Source of the DNA: Macrostomum lignano | Lineage: Eukaryota | Direction: 5' to 3' | DNA: 43,696 nt | Assembly (NCBI GenBank): GCA_002269645.1 | Contig: NIVC01001573.1 | Location: 222,802-266,497, forward strand | In this document: piece after piece, positions 20,924 through 31,346 of the stretch | Position numbering within the stretch: the stretch's first letter is position 1 | Layout of the letters: every line of letters begins with the position of its first letter | Notes under the pieces: generated by a model | The model's input: only the letters and a program-made list of their open reading frames with translations | Database searches by the model: none | What the model was told of the DNA's origin: nothing | Translations under genes and position numbers: made by a program

Positions 20924-23017
20924 ATGGCTTACAGTCTGTCCGCTCAGAGTCAAGCGGCTGCAGCCTCAATGCAGCCGCACCAGCAGCCAAATCTCCGTGA
21001 GGTTGAGATGTGCAGCTTCTGCGGCGACAATCCTGTGCAGCGGATCTGCTCAGAGCCCAGCTGCAGTCGCAATCGCCTGTGCAAAGACTGCAGCGTACTG
21101 TGGCACGGCCATCCGAATAGGAAAGATCATCGAGTTCATGACGTTAACGATGACAAAAATAGCTCGCACTATAACATGCCTCCGCAAACACGGATTATCC
21201 AGCACAGGGCCAAGACTTCTGAAAGTTCTATCCAGCGGCACAAGTCCTGTTTGCCACAGGAACGTCAATCGTCAACCATGCAGCGAACCTCCAGTGGCGC
21301 TCAATATGACACCCTTGCAGCACGAGCGCAAACCGCTGCAGAGGCTCCGGCTGCTATTGGCGGTGGTGTGGAGTGGCAGTGCGAGCACTGTACTTTCATG
21401 AACAGTCCTGAAAGTCCGGCTATTGACTCGACTCGGCGCCTACTTTGCGAAGTCTGTGGCAAAACAACTGATCGAGCTGTTGCTACTCAGAGGGCGCCAA
21501 TGTCTTTTGATAGCCAGCGTCCAGTTCAAGCTCCGCAGCAATGCCAGCAGCCTGATGTTGTTTTAAAACAACCGCAGTCTGTGGACAGCGCACTGGCAAG
21601 GGAGAGCAAGCGCCCAGTGTATTCTTCAACTACTGTGAGAGATTCGAATGGATTTGATCCGATGTCACAGCAGCAGTCTCAGACAAACTATTCAAGGCAA
21701 CATGAAGCCAACGGGCAGTCAGTTAATCAAAATGTCCTTCAACCACAATATGCGCAGCAACAACAGACCCAATCTAGTAGTTTAAGCTCTGCTCCAAAAA
21801 CCTCGTACGAGCAGTCTCGTGACCAAAAACACGAACCTTCACTCGATTCAGCTACAGATAATCCACCACTGCAGGCCGTACGCGGGGAACCGCAGGTCCA
21901 GCATCGTCTGAGACAGGAAACATTCCAGCAGATTCGCAACATGAATGCTCCTGATACAGAGAAGGAGCTTTTGCTAAGACTTGTCCAGGATCCAAAGTTC
22001 TGTAAATTTCGGCTAGACGATTTGGTGAAGGCTGTTCAGTCTGGCGGTGAGCTCGCTTACGAAGACGAGTTCATGCTTGCCTACCTGTGCAGCAAATGCC
22101 AGAAGTGTGAAAAACCCGAGCCTCGTCACTACCAAGTGTGCATGGCTCAGTGCTCTTGTCAACTGTGCTTTGATTGCTTTAGAAAGTTTGTGTTCGAGTG
22201 CCTCAACCCTGCTAGCAACATCAGCCCGAGTCGATTTTCTTGTCCTGGCTGTCAGCAGCCCAAGCCAGACGATGTGGAGCACTTTGCTACTCACATAAAC
22301 TTTCTGAGCTTGCAGCTTGAGCAGATCGTAGAGACTTGCAGCTGGGTTAGTGAAGCTGTCATTGCTGACTTTGAAAGGACTTCAGACGAATGCTGCCGTG
22401 AGTTGTCTATAAAGATAAGTAAATTTTCTGACACGCTGTCTTCCACTCAACCAGCTTATGATAGGCTAAACGCGAAAGGATTTTACTGTCCAGAATGCCA
22501 ATGTTTTTTTCCGAGTTCGAAATCCACCGCGGATCATATTGCATGCTACAGCTGCAAGCATTCATTCTGTCCTTGCTGCAACACCGCAAGTTCTATAATG
22601 CTGTCTAGCCATGAGAAGCAGTGCTTCTTTAAGTCTAAGAATGTCAGCATTTCCGTGCTACAGTTTATACTGAAAGAGTCTAAAATTCCTTTCGACAAGA
22701 CCGCCAGGCGCAGACGGAACAAAAGCTCATCCGAAAGGGGCGGAAGAAAGATCGTTGATGAGGAGTGGCGATGCTCAGCGATCGACTTTAAACATGGAGG
22801 TTCCGGTAGCGGTGGCTTTCTACAGTGCGAAAATCGAGTCTACAAGAAGGTTTGCGTCTGTGAGCGGCACTACAAGGAGTACCTGTTGGACTTGATCAAT
22901 GAGAACAATATCGTTATGGAAAACGTATGTTCGTCGTTATCGGCCTTTAAAATAAACTGGGTTGAAAGGGGTCGATATATGAAGAATTTCTTTAAAAGCC
23001 TTTTTTCCGACGGGTAG
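20924..23017 (+). CDS. HOIP-like paralog 2, intronless: B-box, NZF, RING1, no IBR, RING2 with catalytic Cys->Ala, LDD (predicted pseudo-ligase)
   Basis: B-box CSFCGD...LCKDCSVLWHGHPNRKDH; NZF WQCEHCTFMN...CEVC; RING1 CQKC...QCSCQLCFDCF...SCPGC. RING2-like CPECQCFFPSSKST-A-DHIACYSCKHSFCPCC aligns gap-free to CPACHFKYALAGGG-C-LHFVCRMCRANFCSGC. LDD ...CERHYKEYLLDLINENN. The start could be 20924 or 20969. Confidence 0.82.
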   Translation: MAYSLSAQSQAAAASMQPHQQPNLREVEMCSFCGDNPVQRICSEPSCSRNRLCKDCSVLWHGHPNRKDHRVHDVNDDKNSSHYNMPPQTRIIQHRAKTSESSIQRHKSCLPQERQSSTMQRTSSGAQYDTLAARAQTAAEAPAAIGGGVEWQCEHCTFMNSPESPAIDSTRRLLCEVCGKTTDRAVATQRAPMSFDSQRPVQAPQQCQQPDVVLKQPQSVDSALARESKRPVYSSTTVRDSNGFDPMSQQQSQTNYSRQHEANGQSVNQNVLQPQYAQQQQTQSSSLSSAPKTSYEQSRDQKHEPSLDSATDNPPLQAVRGEPQVQHRLRQETFQQIRNMNAPDTEKELLLRLVQDPKFCKFRLDDLVKAVQSGGELAYEDEFMLAYLCSKCQKCEKPEPRHYQVCMAQCSCQLCFDCFRKFVFECLNPASNISPSRFSCPGCQQPKPDDVEHFATHINFLSLQLEQIVETCSWVSEAVIADFERTSDECCRELSIKISKFSDTLSSTQPAYDRLNAKGFYCPECQCFFPSSKSTADHIACYSCKHSFCPCCNTASSIMLSSHEKQCFFKSKNVSISVLQFILKESKIPFDKTARRRRNKSSSERGGRKIVDEEWRCSAIDFKHGGSGSGGFLQCENRVYKKVCVCERHYKEYLLDLINENNIVMENVCSSLSAFKINWVERGRYMKNFFKSLFSDG

Positions 23018-24031
23018 TGTTTTTATTTGCCTGGTTAAGTTTTTATTGTGTAGGACTTTGTGCAGAAGATGAAGCTTCTTTTCACATCTTCTGTGTAGTT
23101 TGTAGAAAACGAAGCTACACGTAAGCTAAGCGTTTTGTCTGTTCCATTTGCGTGTTGTTTTTTATGCTGCAAGGTTCAATGATTTCTTTGTAGAATTCCT
23201 CACGACCATTCCTGACTTCATGATCAATTAATTGTAATCGTAATAGCACCATAAAAACTCTTTAATCTTATTTAGTCATAGATCTACAAGCGCTTAGTTA
23301 AAGTCGCTGTGGTTAAAACGATTTCTAAGAAAAGTAATAACTTACAGTTAAAGTTTTGTAAATTAAGATAAATAGCTTGTGAATTCAGTTAAATCATTTT
23401 ACATCCGGGATCCAACATTTTACTCAAACTATTTTAAATATCGCTTCGTAGAACTATGCGTATCGTATACATTGGCTACTACATGTATTTATACATAACC
23501 AAAATGAAAGGGTCAAAGGCTGCTTCTGCTGTTATTAAATGCTTCTATTGTGCAGTGTTATTAAATATTAAATAGCTATATAATTTTTACTCTTAAGGGT
23601 TTTGATATTTGTTTAACTATAATTATAATTACAGTTAAAACTATATTACGAATTATTAAACACGTACATTGTACAGTAAAACAATCTGTAGGAACGTGAG
23701 CCTCTCAATTACTTGAGTGTGCTAATAAAGAATAAAAGAGTTGAAGATCATATTAAAATCCCCTCATACCTACAGAGTCAGCAAGAGTCCATTCTTATCT
23801 ATGCATACCTGCTTAGCATGCGTCTTTGAGATCAGTGGTTTTAATATGATCCTGAGCCTCGGCACAATGATTACGTACGCTATCTCAACATTGTGCGTTC
23901 CCCTTAAATGTTTTATAGCTCGTATCAAGCTATCATATTTTTGTCGGTATGTTTTTTATTTCTTGCCCCTGCGGTTTTGTGCCTAAAAGACAATTTTGCT
24001 GCTTGGCTATTTTTGTGCATGTACGAGAGTA

Positions 24032-24868
24032 CAGCTTTTTTTCAGTCCATTTGGGCTTGCGCGCATTGAATTTAATCCAAGATAGGCTTACCAATGTAAC
24101 GCAGCTTTTGTCTATGGTAGCAAGGCTGGCACAGCGGCGTTTACTTTGGTCCAACAAGCATCAATTTGGTCCGTAGCGTCTATGAAACCCAATCAAGAGT
24201 TGCAGCTGTAGAATTCAATTTATTTAAGCAAATCTCACTGTACTAAAGTAACACCTGGTAACATCAGAAACGTATTTTTACTTAACTATAACTACGGTAC
24301 AAAATATTTTTTTAGCATAGTCAAAACTCCGCTGAGGAAAACAAAGATTAATTGACATTTTCTGCAATGCAAGCGGGCACGAAACGCAGCATCTGCCGAT
24401 ACCAACCTACACACTTTAAAGGTGTGATGGCGGCTGTAGCGGCCTCCGCAATGCGCTGAAGTAGCAGTATTCTCCATTGGCCAAGGGTGGTGTTTGGAGG
24501 CGGCTGATCAAGCTCTAGTTGGGTGGCCGGGTCACTGTGCTCCTGCTTGATTGCAGCCTTCAGGCAGGAGTGGGCAGCCTCGACAGGATTCAGAAACGGA
24601 GAATATGGGGGGCAATTGGATGAGCTGGATCCTGTCCTGATGTAATTCCGGAATCCGGGTTCCGTAATGAAACCGCGCACCATCCATAATGATTAAAATC
24701 TAGGGGTAAAGGTATCTACAGCCGCTACGGACCAAATTGATGCTTGTCGGAACAAATTAGATGCCGCTGTGCCAGCCTTGCTACCATAGACAAAAGCTGC
24801 GTTACATTGGCAAACGTATCTTGGATTAAATTCAATGCGCGCGGGCCCAAATGGACTGCTAAAAGCTA
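24032..24868 (-). mobile_element. Internally deleted Tc1/mariner (IS630-Tc1-mariner) DNA transposon
   Basis: Imperfect TIRs of about 146 bp (24032-24178 / 24723-24868) start with CAG and are flanked by TA at 24030-31 and 24869-70. The internal minus-strand transposase C-terminus reads ILIIMDGARFH...QLPP/YSPFLNPVEAAHSCLKAAIK, with a 1-nt frameshift in a C run near 24610. Confidence 0.88.
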
Positions 24869-25120
24869 TATTCACCCCAACTCCCCCTTCTTCATCATCT
24901 GTCTTTCCATCGTAGAAACATCCATGTATTCAGTGATTTCTATAATAACTACATCGTAGCTATGTGGGCTAAGGCCCTTATTTTTATTCAGAGTTTAAAC
25001 GAATAAAGTTGTGTTTTGATTTATTTAACTGCTGGTATTTGATGCCGTCAAATATTTTTTATTCTCAGTATTATTAGCAATCGTAATAATAGTTCATTAC
25101 TTGATTACACCCACCCTAAT

Positions 25121-25380
25121 TTGGCCAGATGTGCACCCAACAGCTCAGCCGCAGCTATTGCGCGGCGCATCTGAAGGCTGCTTTCGGCTGTTCAGTCCAA
25201 GGACTGGGGGGTCGCGACACACACCCTCAATTACCCCAGCTAATGCTGGCACCCATTTTACAGCTGGATGAACTGAAGTTGTGTCCTGCTCAAGGACACA
25301 AATTGTTCTAATGGTATAGGTGGTATAGGTCGACCTCGATTAAGTCGTGAATCCGACGCTCTAACCACTAGGCTACAACC
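25121..25380 (-). mobile_element. tRNA-derived SINE, second copy
   Basis: Colinear with 16834-17119 (CAGCTCAGCCGCAGCTATTG...TTACCCCAGCT...GCTCAAGGACAC...TCCGACGCTCTAACCACTAGG). Confidence 0.75.
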
Positions 25381-25548
25381 CCTCATTTTAAAAAATGGCA
25401 GTAAAGCAGTATTTGTGTAGGACATAGGTAATTAGACCCGTAAATATAAATGTCACTTAATCTTCTATTTCAGAAACGCGTCGAATTTCAAATCAAACCT
25501 GTTTTCCTCATCTGTGGCGATAAACGCAATTCGCACTATTAGTTTGCC

Positions 25549-28028
25549 ATGGCAACAAGCGCAGCTGCTGGCATCAACGAGGTTGAAATGTGCAAATTCT
25601 GCGGCGACGAGCCTGTCGCTCGCGTCTGCACAGCTCCGGCCTGCGCGCGCAAGCAGCTGTGCGTCAACTGCGACGAGATCTGGCACGGCCACCCGAGCAG
25701 ACGCAGTCATCAGCGGCAGGAGGTTGATGTTTTATTGCGAGAAAACGGCCGCAGTGACCAGCCGTTGACGCAACCGCAGCAGCAAGGTTATCCTTGGTCG
25801 TGTCCGCACTGCACATTTCAAAATGTCAGCGCAGTTCAATGGAAGCCAGAAGATCGGTTGATGTGCGAAGTGTGCAGCAAGACCAGCGTTGGCAGGGAAT
25901 TGAGAGAAGCTGCACCAGCTCAGACAAGCAACAGCAATACAACCAAGACTAAGAAGTCGAGTAAAAAGTCTTCATCACCAAGCACGGAGATTGCCTGTCC
26001 TACTTGCACCTTTGTCAATACTGCGAAGGGAGCAAAACAATGCGAAATGTGCAACTCTCAGCTGCCATCGCCTTCGAAAAAGCGTGAAAATCCAGCAGCT
26101 GCTTCGCCTAATGCGGAGAATAGTATTGGATTAAATGACTTGAGTCCTCAAGAAAGACAGAGGCAGTTTCAAGCTCAAGCTGCAATTGGCAGACAGAATG
26201 CTGGGCGTTCGAATCAGGGAGATCAGCAGCCGCCCAGCCAATCAGACAGCGAATCTCATAGAAAGCAGGCGCATGCTTCAGCGGTGGAAGACCGCGTAGA
26301 ACAAAAGCGCCAGCGAACTCAGCCGCCGTCTGAAAATCGTGCTGCAGCTGTGGAAACCTCGGCGAATTCTCTAAGAAAAGAGACGCGGGCGTTTTCCAGG
26401 TCCGACGTGGTACCGGCCGGCATCGCTACAGAGTCCAAACAGCTTGAAGATGCTGAGTATCCACTCTATCAGCAGCAGTTGGAGGAAAAGGAATTGCAGG
26501 TACAACTGGCTGAACTGCTGGCAGTCCAGGAGGCAGAAAAAAGGCAGTTTACTCAGGCTCAGCTGCAGGAAAGAGAGCAGCTAATACAGGAACTGCAGAC
26601 GCGGCTAAAAGAAGAGCAGGAGCAGAGACTTCGTACAGAGAGGCGTTTTAAGAAAGAGGCCACGGAAAGACAGCGGCTGGAGTTGGCAATGCTGGAGCAG
26701 CAGCGGCTGGAGAGAGAAAAAAGAGAAGAACTCGAAAGGCAAGCGAGAATCAAAGATGAGAACAGGAGGCAGAGAGAAGGTGAAGAAATGCGACAACGGA
26801 AGAGAAGAGAAGAGGCGGAACGAAAGAAAAAAGAGAAGGAAGAGGCTGAGCGGTTTAGAAAGGAGAGAGAAGAGGCTGAGCGGTTGAGACAGCAGAGAGA
26901 AGAGGCTGAGCGGTTGAGAAAGGAGAGAGAAGAGGCTGACCGGTTGAGACAGCAGAGAGAAGAGGCTGACCGGTTGAGACAGCAGAGAGAAGAGGCTGAG
27001 TGGTTGAAACAGCAGAGAGAAGAGGCTGACCGGTTGAGACAGCAGAGAGAAGAGGCCGACCGGTTGAGAAAGGAGAGAGAAGAGGCTGAGCGGTGGAGAA
27101 AGGAGAGAGAAGAGGCTGAGCGGTTGAGAAAGGAGACAGAAGAGGCGCAGCGACTGTGGAAGAGAGAAGAGGCTGAGCGACAACGAAGAAACCAATCTCT
27201 GCGGAACGCGTCGGCAGCCGTAGGGCGATGGGAAAGGGCAGAGGAAGAGCGGCTGCGCCAAGACCAAGAGGCTGAAGCCATGCAGAATGACCTTCAGCTG
27301 ATCAGAAAGACGAGGCTGCAAAGAGGTAAACAGGTGCCGCTGGATGAAAATCCCAGAAAATATCAAGGTGACGAAGCGAGGCAGAGAAGGGCAGATGATA
27401 CGACTTGGCAGATGGAAGCGGTTACTCATGCCAGCGGTCTGCAGTTTGGGGCCGATGCGATCTCATTTCCATCCCGTGCTAGATCATCGGCAACAGTTTC
27501 ATCGAGGCGAGTTGAGGATTCTGAGTCTGTTGATGCTGCTGAAAAGTTGCTTAATGGGATATATGGTCCTGAAACATCAGTAAATGACCTTCACAAAGTA
27601 AATACGTCTGATGAATCTGATGAGTTTGATGAGCCAAAAAATCGTCTACTCGAGTTACTGGCAGAATGAAAGCTCAAAAGGCTGAGACGAAACTGCAATG
27701 CGCTCACTGCGGCAAGTACAGAGCCATTACGGGCCCTATTAAACCTGTTGGTTTTCAGTGCTTTAATTGCTACAAGCACACTTGCAAGATGTGCGGCCGG
27801 CCTTGGGAAGATGTGCATACAGGCAGAAAGTGCAAAGAACTTGACAGTCTTCCAGGAGTAGCCCCTTCTCCAAAGCGTGGCTCTGTGAGCCGACCTGGGA
27901 GTGCACAGATTCAGGTCATGCGGTGCACGAGATGTCGTGTCCATGTGGATACAAATTTGAAAAGAGACTCATCGAATGTTATGTGTCGCAATTGTGGAAA
28001 TATTTTGCATCTTCCGAGACCCTACTGA
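25549..28028 (+). CDS. HOIP-related paralog 3: B-box, two NZF, long E/R coiled coil, IBR plus truncated RING2-like zinc ribbon (one-base frameshift at 27636-27641)
   Basis: B-box CKFCGD...LCVNCDEIWHGHPSRRSH; NZFs WSCPHCTFQN..CEVC and IACPTCTFVN..CEMC. ORF 25549-27669 overlaps ORF 27666-28028 (CAHC...QCFNCYKHTCKMCGRPWEDVH..C, IBR-like). The paralog at 33165 has A7 where this copy has A6 and reads through in frame. Confidence 0.75.
26840..27180 (+). repeat. 33-bp coding tandem repeat (11-aa EEAERLRQQRE), single-alpha-helix/coiled-coil like
   Basis: About 10 units GAAGAGGCTGAGCGGTTGAGACAGCAGAGA-like; also present at about 32920-33165. Confidence 0.9.
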
Positions 28029-29290
28029 GTTTTTTATGCATGTTGTCGATCGGTACAAAGCGATGGTCTATAGCTGCAGAAAGTTAAGATTGGTTATTGC
28101 TAGCTCGTGCTAACTGTACTCGATAAATTTTCGACCATATTCCTAATAGAAAACACTCCTATGATTTGAATTATTCTAGTTACTTCTCTTAATTTCAAAC
28201 CCTGTCCTCTATGTGATAAAAAGAAATTCAAAATTAATTTAATATTGGTAGTTTTTACGGCGTACGAAGTCATCTGATGGCCTTTATTGTTTTTTGTTTT
28301 TCTGCCCACAATGTTTATGTTTTTATCCACTCAAGTGCCGTGAATTCATAAAAATGACTGAAAACGTATATTTAGGGCTGTGAGTATGAAAAAAATATAT
28401 CAATGTAGTTTTATATTAACGACAAGTATTAGTATAAAGCCATTAGTTATAGATTCATGATCCAGTTTGACAGTCCACTGTAGTTCAAGTATCGCAGTAT
28501 CTCGAATTCTATTTCTGTACTGTCAGTATCCTTTTAGTGTAAATTAGTCATGAATGGCCTCGGATTTTTCATTTTTTCGTTATAACAAAATGTACTAAGC
28601 GTTTGCGTGTATTCCAGAACGGCAGAAGCCTTCGTCCTACAGTAGTACACGTCGACTTTTGATTTTGTACTTTCTGTTTTTTTCAGACCAAAATATATCA
28701 ATTTTTGTAACGTTATTTTTATCACTATGGTGCTAATAGTGCTTTGGTGTTTGTTTTTATTTTTAGTAATACAGGACTAGCAATCCGCCCTCCCCCCAAT
28801 GGGAGGCAAAAACTAAAGCAATAAGGTTTTGACCTTGTACAGTCATTATTGTTAGTTTCTTGAGGAAAATGGTGTTTAAAGCAAAACAGCAACAGCCCCG
28901 AAAGTCGGCTATCTGGCCTAAGATATCAGCATCCCCTGTGAGCTTTGGCATCAAAACCTCCCTTTAAGCCATGGCTTAACTTAAACCCTTCTCCCCTATG
29001 ATGCTTGGCCTACCAACAACTTCCGATTGAGCCTTGACATCTCATCATCTCCTCACTAAGAGCCACAGAATTTCTACAACTCCCCCGTGCGCTTTGACAA
29101 TTCAGCAGTTTTTAATTGAAAAGTTACCCAGAAAATTCTAATCGAAAGAGTAACTACTGACGTACTTAAACGAGTTGTTTTTTGTCTAAATGACTAAGGC
29201 TGCTTGCGTCACCCCTCAAAGCAGTCACAGTGAGCTAGTGGTCAATACAGCTGAACACATACAGCAAACCTTTTCGAACATAAATTCCAG

Positions 29291-30081
29291 ATGTCGCTGT
29301 TTGACGTTCGCTCGATTGCGTGGACCTGCGCCGGCTGTAGTCTTAGAAACGAGCTTCGATTTCATTGGTCTCCACAGCTGCACCAAAAGATGGTGAAGCT
29401 GACTGTGCTAAGCTTGAGAAGCTCCATCAGGCCAGCTCTGAGTTTCCTTCCTGCCTGACCTCGCTCGAGTGCGGCCAGTGCGGCTGCCTCGCTGCCAGCT
29501 GCGTTTCGCCGCGAGGAGTTTTCGGCGCCTCATCATCGTCTAACAAAGGAGAGCTCCGTCTTGAGCCGCGGCATAGGTTGGCCTGCCTACAGAGGCGGGC
29601 TCGAGTTCAGCTTGAGCAGCTGCGGAAACTGACTGACCAGCTGAGCTCTGTTGAAGCTGCGGTAGCCGCAACCGAACTGGCTGATCAAGCTGCAGGTAGA
29701 GAGGCTGAAAAATTGGCTGAAACTGCCTCATCTTCCAGAGCTGCCAGCAGCCGCCGCGGTTCCAGCTGGTCCGAGCGGCTGTTCGGCTCCCTGGCCGGTC
29801 TGGCCCGGCACAACAGACGGCAGTCGTCACTGTCTGCAGCAACTACTGACAGTAGCAAAGACGTTGACGCTTTCGAGCGTTGGAGGTCTGGAGTTCGAGC
29901 CCAGCTGGCCGCCGAAGCCGAAGCCGCCAGGCAGCGTCGAGCAGCCGAGACGCCGGAGCAGCGGCGCAAACGAGCCCAGCGTCGGCGAGATCGACGTCTC
30001 CGACGCCGGCTGAAGGAGGCCGAAGCCGAAGTCGAAGAGCGTCGGCGTCGGGAGGCCGAGACAGCGTTTTCATCTGGTTAA
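29291..30081 (+). CDS. NZF-like plus coiled-coil exon/gene (frameshift near 29350)
   Basis: TTCCAG|ATG SLFDVRSIAWTCAGCSLRN joins by a 1-nt shift to ORF 29365-30081 (...TSLECGQC...VSPRGVF...LRKLTDQL...). It is paralogous to the exons at 30210 and 31347. Confidence 0.5.
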
Positions 30082-30209
30082 CTGGCCACAAAGGCAATTA
30101 AAAGATTGTTAAGCTTTGGCATCAAAACCCCCTTGAGTTTTCGTACCGAACAAATACTCATGTAACTTGGTCAAGATACTCTTTGTAATTTCAAATTGTT
30201 TAACTCCAG

Positions 30210-30734
30210 GTGCACCTTCCGGACCGCAACCAGCTGCTGTGGAACTGTCCGCACTGCACCTTCACCAACGATGAGGTGCTCAGCGACAGCTCCAAGCAGC
30301 AGCAGCTGCGCTGCGCTGTCTGCCAGGCCGACTGCGCCGCCGACGTCAGCATCCGCGGCGTCTGGCTGACCTCTCAGCGAGCCACCGAAGCTCTGATTGG
30401 CGAGGCGAAACTCGCCGACGAGCTGCAGTCGATCGTCCGCGATCATGAGGTGCGCATCGCCGAGCTGACGCAACGGCTGGAGGCCGCACAGCGTCGACTG
30501 TCGTCAGCTGCTCCGGCGCGGCCCAACCTGCTGCTGCACCGAAGCCAGTCTGAAACGGCCGCCGCCGCTGCCCAGCCTCCGTTGCTAAGCAACCGTGGCG
30601 GACTGCGTCGCTCCAGCGCACCAACCGGAGCCTCGCAGCGTCGCTGCAGTGGCAGCGCAGCAAACGGCAAAGCTGACCGGTCGGCTCTGGTCTACGAGCA
30701 GCTGGTTGATAGTGATGAAGAAGATTCAAATTAA
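30210..30734 (+). CDS. NZF plus coiled-coil exon/gene lacking its own ATG
   Basis: Acceptor TTTAACTCCAG|GTG; encodes VHLPDRNQLLWNCPHCTFTN...LRCAVC...RIAELTQRL. GC-rich coding-like composition; stop TAA at 30734. Confidence 0.65.
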   Translation: MHLPDRNQLLWNCPHCTFTNDEVLSDSSKQQQLRCAVCQADCAADVSIRGVWLTSQRATEALIGEAKLADELQSIVRDHEVRIAELTQRLEAAQRRLSSAAPARPNLLLHRSQSETAAAAAQPPLLSNRGGLRRSSAPTGASQRRCSGSAANGKADRSALVYEQLVDSDEEDSN

Positions 30735-31112
30735 TTTTGCTGCATAACATGTGCTAGCAATACCAATGTCCGCTAATTCCATGAGGAACTGGCTATTGCG
30801 ATATTCTCGCTTTTTACCCACAGTTTTTTAAATTGTGTTCAAAAGCCAATAGGCGGCTGTCTGTTTTACATTTTTAATTATGCGATTAACCAGTTCAGTA
30901 TTTAATTATTTTTTCTGACAGTATTTGATACAGACTGCTACAGTTTACAATAAATATTGATTGCCAATTATAATTTATCAAAAAGTTGCGTTAAGACTTT
31001 ATTCTTCATTCATAATCAATTTCGGTTCTCGGCCTGCTAGGCTATCATTTTTGTGCTCAAGGCAAGATTGGCAGCATTTTTCTCAATCAAATATTTCACC
31101 CGTTCCAGCGGC

Positions 31113-31265
31113 ATGTCAGCGGACAGCCCGCCCCAGCTGTGCAGCCGTTGCAACAGCCGGCCCGCAGTGCTCGCCTGCGCTGAGTGCCCCGGTCAGCTGC
31201 TGTGCGACACCTGCGACACCGACTGGCACCAGCAGACTGAGGAGCGGCGGCTGCATCGCAGATCG
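31113..31265 (+). CDS. HOIP-related paralog 5, exon 1 (B-box)
   Basis: MSADSPPQLCSRCNSRPAVLACAECPGQLLCDTCDTDWHQQTEERRLHRRS, 51 codons, with a phase-0 donor TCG|GTGAGC. Confidence 0.75.
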
Positions 31266-31346
31266 GTGAGCAGCTCGTGCTGGGCTGAGTGAATATTGTC
31301 ACTGATCTGAGTTTATATTTAATGAGTAGCATCGCACAATTTTCAG

